The notes under the pieces: generated by a model
Seen by the model: only the letters and a program-made list of their open reading frames with translations
Told to the model about the DNA's origin: nothing
Databases searched by the model: none
Assembly: GCA_034530875.2 (NCBI GenBank)
Contig: JAVRCJ020000009.1
Coordinates: 183,298 to 247,297 of the forward strand
DNA: 64,000 nucleotides
Reading direction: 5' to 3'
Origin: Nostoc sp. DedSLP01
Lineage (GTDB): Bacteria; Cyanobacteriota; Cyanobacteriia; Cyanobacteriales; Nostocaceae
In this document: positions 1 to 10,422 of the stretch, piece after piece
How the letters are laid out: every line of letters starts with the position of its first letter
Numbering within the stretch: position 1 is the first letter of the stretch
Program-made: the position numbers and the translations under genes

Positions 1-1212
1 GTGAGGTACATCTGGTAAATCCAGAATAGCGGCTAAATCTTGCATTGCTTGGTCGTTGCGATCGCCTAATTTTTGCATTCTTTGCAATTCATACTGGGCA
101 TTTCGCTCTACCATTTCTATTAATTCTGCCTTAGTTTGCCGCAAAGGATTCAAAATCGTCACTTTTCTACCTTTACGTTCGCTCAAGACATCAGTCAGTA
201 TTTCTACATCTGGCAATTCATGCTGGACTAAAATTTCTGTAGGTATTTCCACAGAGTCAGCACTTTGATAATGTTCTTCTAAAGCTCGTTGTAAAATGGC
301 TCCTGGTTCTGCATGAGCATCTGCTACAAAAGCCAAGCGTCCGACTAATTGGCCAGCGCGAATCTGGAATAGTTGAATGCAGGCGTGTTGGGCGTCAGCT
401 GCCAGGGCGATCGCATCCCGCGAAACGGTATCATCTGGTAAGGACACTTTTTGGTCAGCTGTTAGCGACTTTAACCCAGAAATTTGATCGCGAATTCGCG
501 CTGCTGATTCAAAGTTCAAGTCCTCAGCAGCAGCATTCATCTGCTGAGTCAAAATATCAATCAACTCTTGAGTCCGACCTTGGAAGACCATCGCTATTTT
601 TTGGACTATTTTGCGATATTCTTCTGGTGAAATCATCTTTTGACATACACCAGGACAACGCCCTAAATCGAAATTCAAACAAGGACGGTCTTTAAAAAGC
701 GGTTGAGGTCGTTGTCGCTGGGGAAAGATGCGCTTACACAAACGTAAAACTTCTCGCAACAAGCCAGCATCGGTATAAGGGCCATAAAATTTATCCTTTT
801 CTTTGCCCAATTGCCGTTTGCGGGTGATAAAAATCCGTGGATAGTCTTCTGACCAAGTAATGCAGAGATACGGATATTTTTTATCATCCTTGAGCAGCAC
901 GTTAAAGTATGGCTGATGCTGCTTAATTAAGTTGGCTTCCAGCGCTAAGGCTTCCGCTTCCGTGTCAGTGACAATGAATTCAATTTCTGTCACCAATCTT
1001 ACCATTGTCACGATGCGCTCGCTTTTGTTGTAGCCATCGCGGAAATAGGAACGCACGCGCGATCGCAACTTGCGCGATTTACCTATATATATAATGCGAT
1101 CGCTTTTGTCTCGCATGAAATAAACCCCCGGTTCCGGTGGAATTTCGGCGAGACGATTTTCCAGTCGTTCTGGATCTTTAACAAGTGGTAGTATTTGAGT
1201 TGATATTGCCAC
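1..1212 (-). CDS. uvrC: Excinuclease ABC subunit C, N-terminal part (runs off the window edge)
   Basis: Not in the ORF track. Manual translation from GTG at 1212 gives a GIY-YIG N-terminus ([29 protein letters not shown]) and the UVR motif ([13 protein letters not shown]). The same frame is still open at position 1. Confidence 0.93.
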   Translation of the reverse strand, partial: MAISTQILPLVKDPERLENRLAEIPPEPGVYFMRDKSDRIIYIGKSRKLRSRVRSYFRDGYNKSERIVTMVRLVTEIEFIVTDTEAEALALEANLIKQHQPYFNVLLKDDKKYPYLCITWSEDYPRIFITRKRQLGKEKDKFYGPYTDAGLLREVLRLCKRIFPQRQRPQPLFKDRPCLNFDLGRCPGVCQKMISPEEYRKIVQKIAMVFQGRTQELIDILTQQMNAAAEDLNFESAARIRDQISGLKSLTADQKVSLPDDTVSRDAIALAADAQHACIQLFQIRAGQLVGRLAFVADAHAEPGAILQRALEEHYQSADSVEIPTEILVQHELPDVEILTDVLSERKGRKVTILNPLRQTKAELIEMVERNAQYELQRMQKLGDRNDQAMQDLAAILDLPDVPH

Positions 1213-1719
1213 AACCAAAATTAGGTAATCTTTCTCTATTTTAAGAAAAATTATCTTTTCTTGCCGATTTAACAAAGTATTATCAAGTAGATATACGCGA
1301 GTCAAGCTTTTAGTTTACATATACGTGTTAGTACAGGTTTCGCCCATCTACAACTTAAACCTAGTTTATGTAGTTGCGAGTTTAACATTTCAGCATTTGT
1401 CGCAATCCAAACTTGATTTTTAGAGTTTGTTTATACTTAAGATTTTTAACTTATATTTTTATTAAAAAAACAGTTTTTGCTAGTTAATTTTGTTATGGAA
1501 AAGTATTCACTTCTCAGTATAAACATAATTACTTTATAACTTTTAGCAAGTAACAGTATCTTCAACTATATGACTACAGCTAAAACTTTATATATTTTTT
1601 ATGGAACTTACTCATTTATTGAAGTTTTAATATGAAGCTAATTCACAGATTCATTAGGTTTCATTTATGTTTACTATTGAAAATATAACTATTATAATAA
1701 TTGCAAAAAAAAATAAATT

Positions 1720-1899
1720 ATGAATCTGCAAGATTTTGAAGCTCAGTATCGTGAGGTCATGGCTGAAACACTCAACGAACTGCAAACAACAGTTTTATTG
1801 CTAGCAGAAGTGCAAAGTAAAATTTCAAAAATAGGTAATTCTGTGCAAAATCTTAGTCAGCGTGTTGAAGAGTTCATTGCTGAGCAAAAAAGAGAATAG
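1720..1899 (+). CDS. Small 59-aa coiled-coil protein
   Basis: ATG..TAG ORF below the track cutoff: MNLQDFEAQYREVMAETLNELQTTVLLLAEVQSKISKIGNSVQNLSQRVEEFIAEQKRE. Heptad pattern, set in very AT-rich flanks. Confidence 0.7.
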   Translation: MNLQDFEAQYREVMAETLNELQTTVLLLAEVQSKISKIGNSVQNLSQRVEEFIAEQKRE

Positions 1900-1920
1900 A
1901 TATATATCCACTAAAAAACT

Positions 1921-2349
1921 TTATTTGTAATGGCAACTAAATTCTGCTTCAATTGTCTGGACTAGATCCTTGAGTTTTAGAGGTTTGACAAAATAATGAC
2001 GTGCGCCCAAACTCATAGCTAGTTCTCGATCTGCTTTAAAAGCAAAGGCTGAAACAACAATAATAGGTATTTTTGCTAAATCTGGTTGTTGTTGAACTTG
2101 TTTTAAGAGTGAAAAACCGTCAATATCTGGCAATTTCAAGTCGAGTAACATTAAATCTGGCTGGAATTTCTCAATAGTTGAGAAAAAAGCAGAACCTTCC
2201 GATAAGCTCTGGACATCGTAACCGCAATAATTTAAGTAGTCGCTTAGCAACATCCTATTTAGATCGTGGTCTTCGATTAATAAAATTCGTCTAGCTTGAT
2301 TTGAACGGAATTGGTGATTGATGTTCAGTAATTGTGCTGTCATTGCCAT
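1921..2349 (-). CDS. Single-domain response regulator (CheY/DivK-like)
   Basis: ILLIEDH, phospho-acceptor LLDLKLP, VVSA and VKP motifs. Confidence 0.9.
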   Translation of the reverse strand: MAMTAQLLNINHQFRSNQARRILLIEDHDLNRMLLSDYLNYCGYDVQSLSEGSAFFSTIEKFQPDLMLLDLKLPDIDGFSLLKQVQQQPDLAKIPIIVVSAFAFKADRELAMSLGARHYFVKPLKLKDLVQTIEAEFSCHYK

Positions 2350-2657
2350 TTATCATGATTTTAAGTTACAAGCCAATTATTGCCAGATGAATTTTGAAAC
2401 GAATAAAAAGTTGAGCTATTTAATTTAATATATGCAAAAATTGTAATCTAGATTTACCTATACTGGTATAATTAAACCATATTCTGCAAAAATTAAAAAT
2501 TAATAAAAGTTAATATTTTCTTCATAAAGTCTTTATTATTAATCCTATTAAATACTTTTTTCGCAAGTTAAATGCTTTTGCAGAGGAGTTTTGATTTGGA
2601 TATTAGGGAAGGCACTAAAGCAAATATATCCTTTGATAGTTAGAAGAAAATATTCAT

Positions 2658-2681
2658 AAAAAAGGGAGCTAATAGCTCCCT
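2658..2681 (-). terminator. Intrinsic terminator of the PEP-CTERM gene
   Basis: Minus strand AGGGAGCT-ATT-AGCTCCCT followed by a T-run. Confidence 0.8.
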
Positions 2682-2711
2682 AATCATTATTGTAAACTTG
2701 CAGTGGCAATC

Positions 2712-3659
2712 TTAAATAGATGCTTTTTTTACTTGACGTCGGGTAGTAAAGACACCGGCAACACCCAACAAACCCAGTATTACAGATGGTTCTGGGACTG
2801 CTGTGGGAGGTACGCCTTTGATGCTAACTTCGTAATTACCACTGTGAGATTTGCCATCAGCGCCTATTCCTGTACTGTTAGTTAGTTTAGTTTCGGTAGC
2901 AGAGAAGCTGTAAAGGAAATCAGTCTTGCCATTGTAGGTAACTTTAACAACTTCACTAGCTTGGAATCCATTTTTGAGCAAATTACCTAAAGGCCCTAAT
3001 AGAGGAGCATAATAATCTTTTAAATTGTAGTGACCTGCTAACCCAATTTTGATTTCGCCTGTCGTATCGTTCTGGTTAACGTAAGAGATATTGGGGTCGC
3101 TAGAACGTTGGAAACCATTGATCTGGAGAAATTTCGTGAAGACTCCCGCGCGGACAACTGAGCTAGAAGCTGAATTTGATAGACCTAGTGCCAATTTAAT
3201 TGTAGATTCATTAGCAGCTAGACCAGCTGCATTATAAAATTGGTCAAACCAAGTAGTTGCAAAGGTCTGTGCGCCATAGGTTTTATTCAATCCTACTCCA
3301 AACCAATCTGTTTCTGTCAGACTGCTTAAAGTAATACTTTTGCCACCGATTTGTCCGCTTAAGGTGGTGTTTTTGCTGAAATCAAAACCGGATTGCTCGC
3401 TGCTGGCTCGTAACTCTACATTTCCGGTGGGGTTTGCAGCATTACCATCGAGAACTTTCTGGACGTTTGTCGGGGTATTTGGTACAAGTACAGTACTGCT
3501 ACCGGAGACATCATAGACTAAATAATCAGTTGCCGCTGTTCCACCGATGGTAGCGCCAGTGAGGGTACCAGCTTGTGCTGGTGCTGTAGCAACACCGACA
3601 CTAATAGCCATTGATGCGCCAATCACAAGTTTCTGAAAAGTCATCTTCATTTTTTTCAA
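2712..3659 (-). CDS. PEP-CTERM sorting-domain surface protein
   Basis: Signal peptide ending APAQA; C-terminal VPEP, TM helix and basic RRQVKK tail. Confidence 0.9.
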   Translation of the reverse strand: MKKMKMTFQKLVIGASMAISVGVATAPAQAGTLTGATIGGTAATDYLVYDVSGSSTVLVPNTPTNVQKVLDGNAANPTGNVELRASSEQSGFDFSKNTTLSGQIGGKSITLSSLTETDWFGVGLNKTYGAQTFATTWFDQFYNAAGLAANESTIKLALGLSNSASSSVVRAGVFTKFLQINGFQRSSDPNISYVNQNDTTGEIKIGLAGHYNLKDYYAPLLGPLGNLLKNGFQASEVVKVTYNGKTDFLYSFSATETKLTNSTGIGADGKSHSGNYEVSIKGVPPTAVPEPSVILGLLGVAGVFTTRRQVKKASI

Positions 3660-4039
3660 GTCTCCGTCAGTTTAGAAGTTAAGGTTTAAACTACTGGTAT
3701 TTCTAGGCTTGGACTGTCTTGGCTACAGGCTTTTTGCCAATACTGCTGCTTAAAAAGACATTTGTATTGTTAGCCATTACTGGTAGCTGAACGTACAAAC
3801 CCAGTTTATGAAATATGGAGACTTGATTGGGTAAAGTTGCTACTGTTTATAAATAAAATGATGACAAATATTTTGAGAAGTTTCTACGTATTATTACATG
3901 TCTTACTAAATTTTACAAGTAAATAAAATTACATTAACTATTTAAGCTGATTCAGTGTTACATACGTGTTGGTAAGGTAGCATAGTTTTGCTACCCTACT
4001 TAAGACTAAAAATCCTTGGCATTCAGTTTGAGAAGAAGT

Positions 4040-5281
4040 TTAATTCAGGAACTTAGCCATTCTTTGCACAGCAGTTTCTAACAAATGTGGCTCATGAACT
4101 AAGGCAAAACGGACATAACCTTCCCCAGATTTACCAAAACCTGCACCTGGAGAAGCTGCGACACCAGTTTCTTTGACTAGTTGGGTGCAAAATTCTATGG
4201 AATTTTGGCTCCAAGCAGAAGGCAACTTTGCCCAAATGTACATTGTCGCTTGGGGAGTAGGAACATTCCAGCCAATGCGATGTAAAGCATTAATAAAAGC
4301 ATCACGGCGCTGTTGGAAAGTGGCAACTGCATTTTTTACCCCAATTTGAGGCCCAGTTAAAGCAGCGATCGCTCCATTCAAAATTCCGCGATACTGATTA
4401 AAATCCACAACGGCTTTGACCTGGCGTAAAGCGCTAATTAACTGGGCATTACCGATGGCGTAGCCAATGCGGAAGCCGCCCATATTGTAGGACTTGGAAA
4501 GGGTAAAAAATTCAATTGAAACGCTTTTTTCTGGATCGGCTTGCAAAATTGAAGGGACTGGGCATGGCGCATTGGACTCTCCCTTATTCGCTAGTCGCCA
4601 GTCGCCAGTCGCCAGTGCCGATTCACCATCCGCTGTAAATACTAAATCTACGTAGGGGAAATCATGAACCAAAGCGAGATTGTGTTGCTGACAGAAGGCT
4701 ACGGCTTCTTGAAAGAAAGATAAAGGAGCGATCGCAGCCGTGGGATTGTGAGGATAACTTAATACCATCATCCGCGACTGGTCCAAAACTGGGGCAGGAA
4801 TATCAGCAAACACTGGTAAAAAACCGTTTTCTTCCCTTAGCGGCATTGGATAAATTTGCCCGCTAGCAAGGTAGACTCCTCCAGCATGAGAAGGGTAACC
4901 AGGATCGAGCAACAGGGCAAAATCTCCAGGGTTGAGCAATGCTAGGGGTAAATGGGCGGTACCTTCTTGGGAACCAATCAGAGGTAGTACCTCAGTTTGA
5001 GGATCGACTCTGATACCAAATTTTTTTTCGTACCAATTGGCTGCGGCTTGGCGAAAGCCTTGAGTGCCGTTAAATAGTAGATAGCCGTGGGTGGTGCGAT
5101 CGCGAACAGATTGGGCGATCGCTTCGATGACATGTGGTTCGGCTGGTAAATCAGAAGACCCCAAGGACAAATCAATTAGCTGTTGTCCAGCAGCCAAGGC
5201 AATTGCTTTGGCTGTGTCCATATCAGCAAATACATTAGATTGTAGGGGTTGTAAACGTTTTGCAAACTCTATGTTAGTCAT
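4040..5281 (-). CDS. PLP-dependent class I/II aminotransferase, LL-diaminopimelate aminotransferase family
   Basis: GSQEG, YPHNPT and SKSYNMGGFRIG motifs. Start moved to ATG 5281 because the ORF extension is repeat DNA. Confidence 0.85.
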   Translation of the reverse strand: MTNIEFAKRLQPLQSNVFADMDTAKAIALAAGQQLIDLSLGSSDLPAEPHVIEAIAQSVRDRTTHGYLLFNGTQGFRQAAANWYEKKFGIRVDPQTEVLPLIGSQEGTAHLPLALLNPGDFALLLDPGYPSHAGGVYLASGQIYPMPLREENGFLPVFADIPAPVLDQSRMMVLSYPHNPTAAIAPLSFFQEAVAFCQQHNLALVHDFPYVDLVFTADGESALATGDWRLANKGESNAPCPVPSILQADPEKSVSIEFFTLSKSYNMGGFRIGYAIGNAQLISALRQVKAVVDFNQYRGILNGAIAALTGPQIGVKNAVATFQQRRDAFINALHRIGWNVPTPQATMYIWAKLPSAWSQNSIEFCTQLVKETGVAASPGAGFGKSGEGYVRFALVHEPHLLETAVQRMAKFLN

Positions 5282-5287
5282 TTGTCT

Positions 5288-5470
5288 TTTGTCCTCTTTT
5301 CCAAAGTTCTGATAGACAGAAATTTCCGTACCCTGCGGGATCTTGCTACAGACTTTGCGCTTTGTCATTAGTGATTTATCCTCTGTTACAAAGTTCTGTT
5401 CGCCGATTTCCGGCGCATCCTCTGGGATCTTGCTACAGACTTTGCGCTTTGCCCTTTGTCATTAGTGATT
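5288..5470. repeat. Two tandem ~87-bp units, each with an internal inverted repeat (CAAAGTTCTG...CAGACTTTG)
   Basis: An exact 28-mer GGGATCTTGCTACAGACTTTGCGCTTTG occurs at 5337 and 5424. Confidence 0.8.
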
Positions 5471-5481
5471 TGTCCTTTGGC

Positions 5482-5604
5482 TAACGACTAATGAACGCCA
5501 CTTGCAAAAGAGCGGGTTCCGCTTTAGCGGTACAACAAGGGGAACCCCCCAAGGGTGCAGTGGCTCCTAATGACTAATGACCAATGACTATTGACTAATG
5601 ACTA
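5482..5604. repeat. STRR heptamer array (TGACTAA/TGACCAA) interrupted by a small palindromic element (GCCACTTGC...GCAGTGGC)
   Basis: Heptamers lie on both sides of an ~70-bp GC-rich insert with inverted ends. Confidence 0.7.
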
Positions 5605-5937
5605 ATTACTATCTAAGTGCTTGGCTAGAAGGTTGAGTAGTTTTTCTTTACCGATAACTCCCTCAGTCGATTCTAGGATCTTTTCTCCTTGAATTAGCCT
5701 CAGGGCGGGTACACCTTCGACTTGGTACTGTTTAACTGTAAGCGGGTTGGGGTCGATTTCCATTTTAACGACTTTGAGACGATCGCTATAAGCACTCGCA
5801 GCTGAGTCGATCGTGGGCGACATCAGCTGACAAGGCCCGCACCAAGAAGCCCAAAAGTAAACTAATACAGGCTGCTCGGCTTTTAACACTTCGGTTTCAA
5901 AATCGGCATCAGTTATGGTGATTACAGCCTTACTCAT
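5602..5937 (-). CDS. Thioredoxin (x-type, resembling Anabaena thioredoxin-2)
   Basis: WCGPC active site; likely start MSKAVITITDADF at 5937. Confidence 0.9.
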   Translation of the reverse strand: MSKAVITITDADFETEVLKAEQPVLVYFWASWCGPCQLMSPTIDSAASAYSDRLKVVKMEIDPNPLTVKQYQVEGVPALRLIQGEKILESTEGVIGKEKLLNLLAKHLDSN

Positions 5938-6104
5938 TGCAGTCTCCATCAGGTGGCGATCGAAGTTGGCACACACAATACTCTATCCCAAACTGAGTCC
6001 TGAGTCACAGAACTTCTGAGCTAGACAAGCCTGAAGCTCGCAAGTTATTGCTATGTGCTTAGAAAATATGCGAATCCGGTTTGATTTGGAGAATTTATTT
6101 GTGG

Positions 6105-6197
6105 AGACAGGGAGTAGGGAATGGGGAGTGGGGAGTAGGACAGAAGCCTTGTCTGAATGTACTGATTTTTTTCACGCAATCAAATCTGAGTCCTATA
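6105..6197. repeat. Dispersed MITE-like repeat end
   Basis: GGGAGTAGG...AATCAAAT..GAGTCCTATA; a related copy lies at about 12543-12613. Confidence 0.55.
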
Positions 6198-6414
6198 GTA
6201 CAGATCGTTTTAGAGCGATCGACCTCATTCAAATGAGAATTGTTATAGATTCAAGCTAAAGTGAATGTAAATATTACAGGCTGGTACAACTTAAAACAAT
6301 CAACTAATAGCGTCTGGATATTACTTTGTTTAATTATTAGGAGCAAAAGCGCAATTTTCTTACCAAGAGTTTGCGCCAATGCGTACAGAATATTTACAAT
6401 GTTCCCTAAAATTT

Positions 6415-7626
6415 ATGGATAATTTCCCAGTGGTCGCTCAAGCGGATGCATTCTCACCAAATTCTCCCCAGGATAATACACGTCTGATGCGGCCTCATAA
6501 CGATTCGGATTCATCACCGAAGGAAAAAGTCGGAACTGACTTTGACTCTCGGATGATGCAGCGGTGTTTGGAACTTGCTCGCCGCGCCTTAGGGCGTACT
6601 TCGCCAAACCCGCTAGTGGGAGCAGTGATTGTTAAGGATGGAGAAATTGTTGGGGAAGGGTTTCATCCTCGTGCGGGTGAGCCTCATGCAGAAGTGTTTG
6701 CCTTGAAAGCAGCAGGAGCGAAGGCTCAAGGCGCAACCATCTATGTCAGCCTCGAACCTTGCAATCATTACGGCCGCACTCCTCCTTGTTCGGAAGCTTT
6801 GGTCAAAGCAGGGGTAGCAAAGGTGGTAGTGGGTATGGTCGATCCCAATCCACTCGTAGCTGGGGGTGGTATTGCGCGTTTACGTGCGGCGGGAATCGAA
6901 GTGGTGGTAGGAGTAGAAGAGGAAGCTTGTCGCCAACTCAATGAAGGTTTCGTTCATCGCATTCTCTACAAACGACCTTTAGGGATTTTAAAATATGCCA
7001 TGACTTTGGATGGCAAAATTGCTACCACTTCTGGTCACAGTGCTTGGGTAACAAGCCAAAGTTCCCGCACTGAGGTACATCAGTTGCGGGCGGCTTGTGA
7101 TGCTGTAATTGTTGGTGGTAATACAGTAAGACTGGACAATCCTTATTTAACCAGCCATCAAGTGGGGGCACATAATCCCCTACGGGTGGTAATGAGCCGC
7201 CGTCTTGACTTACCGGGAAATGCCCACCTGTGGCAAACTGCGGATGCTCCAACTTTAGTGTTGACAGAGGAAGGTGCTAACCCCGATTTTCAAGAAATGT
7301 TGCAGAAACTTGGGGTGGAGGTAGTAGAATTAACTTCTCTGACACCTGATAAAGCAATGGGGTACTTATACGAGCGAGGTTTTTGTAGCGTGTTGTGGGA
7401 GTGTGGTAGTACCTTAGCTGCTACTGCGATCGCTCAAGGAGCAGTGCAAAAAGTCTTAGCATTTATTGCCCCAAAAATTATTGGTGGTAGTCTTGCTCCT
7501 ACACCTGTAGGCGATTTAGGCTTTACTACTATGACTCAGGCACTGTCTTTAGAACGCGTTCGTTGGCGTGTAATCGGCTCCGACTGTTTAGTAGAAGGTT
7601 ATCTTCCTCAAACAAGTCAATCATGA
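6415..7626 (+). CDS. ribD: Bifunctional riboflavin biosynthesis deaminase/reductase RibD
   Basis: PNPLVG, HAE, EPCNHYGRTPPC zinc motif, TLDGKIA reductase domain. Start uncertain. Confidence 0.95.
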   Translation: MDNFPVVAQADAFSPNSPQDNTRLMRPHNDSDSSPKEKVGTDFDSRMMQRCLELARRALGRTSPNPLVGAVIVKDGEIVGEGFHPRAGEPHAEVFALKAAGAKAQGATIYVSLEPCNHYGRTPPCSEALVKAGVAKVVVGMVDPNPLVAGGGIARLRAAGIEVVVGVEEEACRQLNEGFVHRILYKRPLGILKYAMTLDGKIATTSGHSAWVTSQSSRTEVHQLRAACDAVIVGGNTVRLDNPYLTSHQVGAHNPLRVVMSRRLDLPGNAHLWQTADAPTLVLTEEGANPDFQEMLQKLGVEVVELTSLTPDKAMGYLYERGFCSVLWECGSTLAATAIAQGAVQKVLAFIAPKIIGGSLAPTPVGDLGFTTMTQALSLERVRWRVIGSDCLVEGYLPQTSQS

Positions 7627-7679
7627 TCGGGAATCTCAATTCTGAATATTGAATTCTGAATTTAGTGAATTTGCTTCAA

Positions 7680-7895
7680 TCAACACTGACGTTCATGAGC
7701 GATATCGCGTATGAGTGCTAGCCGGGATTGAATGTAGTGGCTGAGAAAATCAGTTTCGTTAGAATTTAACAAAATTTGCGTTTCGGTTTGTTTCACCAAC
7801 CACTGCACCAAGCTAGCATCATCGAGTTGCAAGAGGATCTTAGCTTGGGCGGTTTCAACCACAGACCAAAGCTGACGCATAATTGTAGGAGTCAT
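7680..7895 (-). CDS. Small hypothetical protein (71 aa)
   Basis: GAGGT RBS upstream; plausible helical sequence. Confidence 0.75.
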   Translation of the reverse strand: MTPTIMRQLWSVVETAQAKILLQLDDASLVQWLVKQTETQILLNSNETDFLSHYIQSRLALIRDIAHERQC

Positions 7896-8449
7896 CAGAC
7901 CTCAATAGAACCATTAGCTTAGCTGTTTTCAGATTACACAATTTTGATCGCAATTTACGACATGAATGTACAACCTGAGACAAGTATTATTAAAAAGTTA
8001 ATAATCGTATTTATAACTTTATGAAGATTCAGAATTGAAATGTCTGTTTTGAAAATTTGCCATCTTCCATAAAGCCTAAGGGCACAGCCAAGACTCAATT
8101 TGATGAATTTTAGTTCCAAAATTTCAAACAGAGTTTACTAATCTTAAAAACCAGATTTTTATGGTTATAAATACTGAAATTGACTCAATTTTAACTGAAA
8201 AAGCCAATTTATGGAAGGTATATGTCGAATAATTTATTTGTGTTGTGAGATACAAAAATTTTAAAAATTCAGAATCAAAACTAGAAAGTTGATGAATTAC
8301 TAAGACTTTCATCCCTCAGCCTGAATAATCAAGCAGAAATTCAAGCAGCCAGATCGCGCATAGTTTTTCAAATATTCTCGATTTTGCTTGCTGGCTAAAA
8401 TGACTTCTACCAAAAAGCTAGATTTTTGAAATCAATCTCTACCAAAAAA

Positions 8450-10276
8450 TCAACATTTCTTCCCTGTAGAGGGATTTACGAAATCATGTAAATTTTCATC
8501 CCAAATACTAATGTAAATAAAATCACATTCTTGGCGGATAATTTGACCTTTAACAGAGCCATTCTGAAAACTAAAATGATCGGACTGACCCTGTTGTACT
8601 TGTTTAAGCCCCTGCTTTATATCTTCAGTGGCTTGACCATTTAAGAGTCCGTTTAAAGTCGTCTGCATTATCTGTGGGTCTACCGATTGGTTAAAAGATA
8701 CCTCAGTTTGACGGAGCACTTGAGAATTGCGATCGAATAAGTAGCCAAGGTCAATTTTGTTTGGTACAAGTTTGTAAACCACAGCACGAGTATTACCCCA
8801 CGCACCTCTTAAATCTTGGTTTGGTTTGCCGAGGGTAGCTTCTACAACGTTTCTAGACGTACCTGTGGGAAATGCAGGAACGCTTTGTCTGCTGGCAGTG
8901 GCAGCTAATTTACTCAGTGGTTTTCTCTGTGGCGTGGAACGCACTTCTGGTGTGGCAACCACGTTGGGATTTTCTGGTTCTAACTGTGGTGTTGATGTTG
9001 CCACGGGTGCGGGAGGATCTACAGTTTCAGGTTGGTTTTCAGGTTGGGGTGTGGATACAACTGGAGGATTAAAAGTTGGCAAAGGATCGGGAGTGACTTG
9101 TTCCTGTGGTGGTGAGGTGGGTACAACAGGGACTACAGAAGGTTCGGAAGAAACTGGCGAATTGGTAGGTGTAGGAGTAGGCAAAGATGTTGGTGATGGA
9201 GTGGGAGTTGTGGCAATGTTGATCTGCGACTCTTGTTGACGAATCATGCCAGAAAGGGCGAATGCAGCAATTAAGCCGCCTAACACTAAACTACCAGCGA
9301 TCGCAGCAGGTTTTTGCCAGTTTCCAGCGGTAGAAGATGCATTAATAACTGGAGTTTTTTGGGGGGGAGATAATGCCTGGGTTTGCTGGGTGATATTGGG
9401 AGATAAGTTTACTGTGTTCCCAGTTGTTGGCGATCGCGGGGTGATATAACTAGAAAATTCCAAGGCATCTAGCATTTTACTAGCTGTACTGTAGCGATCG
9501 CCTGCATGAGGTTTAATTGCCTGATTCAGTACCACAGCTAATTGTGGAGAGACATGAGGAATATGTTGCTGCCAAAGGATTTCGCCTGTTTGTAAATCGG
9601 TTAGTATTTCTTGCGGGTGTTTGCCAGTCAGCAGATAAATTGCCGTCAAGCCTAAACTGTAGATATCAGTCGCGTAAACTGGGCGTCCAACGGCTTGTTC
9701 GCTAGGCATATATCCGGGCGTACCGATGACGAGCGATCGCGTGGGGTATCCTGGAGTAGTCACAACAGAACGAATTGTTTCTTTAACTGCACCAAAATCA
9801 ATCAAAACTGGCTTGCCATCAACATTACGGATAATGATGTTCTCAGGCTTGATATCTCGGTGAATTATTCCTTTGCTGTGGACATAATCCAAAACTGATA
9901 GCAGACTCAAGACGATTTCTCGAACAGTAGTTTCACTCTGGTATCCTTTGGTTTCAACAATTTTTGTCAAAGTTTGACCGTGAATCCATTCTTGGACGAG
10001 GTAAAATTGCCCGTTCTCAGAAAAATAGGCGTAGAGTTTGGGAATTTGGTTACAACTTTCACCCAAATATTCCAAAGTCGCTGCTTCTCTTTTGAAGCGT
10101 TCTTGGATTATTTGGTAGGTTTTCGGGTCATTATTGGTTATCGGTTTGAGTTGCTTAATTACACAGCGACGGCGAGAAGGCATGTGGGTATCTTCTGCGA
10201 GGAAGGTTTCACCAAACCCACCAGCACCGATTACTTCGATAACTTGATAGCGATTGTTTAGCAGCGTTATTGTCAT
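8450..10276 (-). CDS. Membrane Ser/Thr protein kinase with Pro/Thr-rich linker and extracytoplasmic domain
   Basis: GAGGFG, HRDIKPEN, DFG, GTPGY motifs followed by a TM helix. Confidence 0.93.
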   Translation of the reverse strand: MTITLLNNRYQVIEVIGAGGFGETFLAEDTHMPSRRRCVIKQLKPITNNDPKTYQIIQERFKREAATLEYLGESCNQIPKLYAYFSENGQFYLVQEWIHGQTLTKIVETKGYQSETTVREIVLSLLSVLDYVHSKGIIHRDIKPENIIIRNVDGKPVLIDFGAVKETIRSVVTTPGYPTRSLVIGTPGYMPSEQAVGRPVYATDIYSLGLTAIYLLTGKHPQEILTDLQTGEILWQQHIPHVSPQLAVVLNQAIKPHAGDRYSTASKMLDALEFSSYITPRSPTTGNTVNLSPNITQQTQALSPPQKTPVINASSTAGNWQKPAAIAGSLVLGGLIAAFALSGMIRQQESQINIATTPTPSPTSLPTPTPTNSPVSSEPSVVPVVPTSPPQEQVTPDPLPTFNPPVVSTPQPENQPETVDPPAPVATSTPQLEPENPNVVATPEVRSTPQRKPLSKLAATASRQSVPAFPTGTSRNVVEATLGKPNQDLRGAWGNTRAVVYKLVPNKIDLGYLFDRNSQVLRQTEVSFNQSVDPQIMQTTLNGLLNGQATEDIKQGLKQVQQGQSDHFSFQNGSVKGQIIRQECDFIYISIWDENLHDFVNPSTGKKC

Positions 10277-10422
10277 GCAAGATTACAAAAAGACAAGCAA
10301 AGGCTTGTCGTCAGACATTGCCCTTTATAAATGTACATCAGATACTTTGACGAGATAGAGATAGGTTATATCCCATTGATTGCAGATTTTTTGATACTGA
10401 CATTTTGCGGTTGCGGAAATAT

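Noticed and set aside
56..887. Short ORFs 56-268 and 675-887
   Set aside because: Both lie within uvrC, on the opposite strand or in another frame.
5282..5368. N-terminal ORF extensions of the aminotransferase (also maf, dapB and the DUF4347 gene)
   Set aside because: They run through repeats or promoter DNA; family-like sequence begins at downstream ATGs.
5337..5451. Possible CRISPR repeat pair (28 bp)
   Set aside because: Two copies only, and the intervening DNA is also duplicated, so it is a tandem element.
6053..6259. 68-aa ORF upstream of ribD
   Set aside because: Largely a dispersed repeat also present near 12543-12613.
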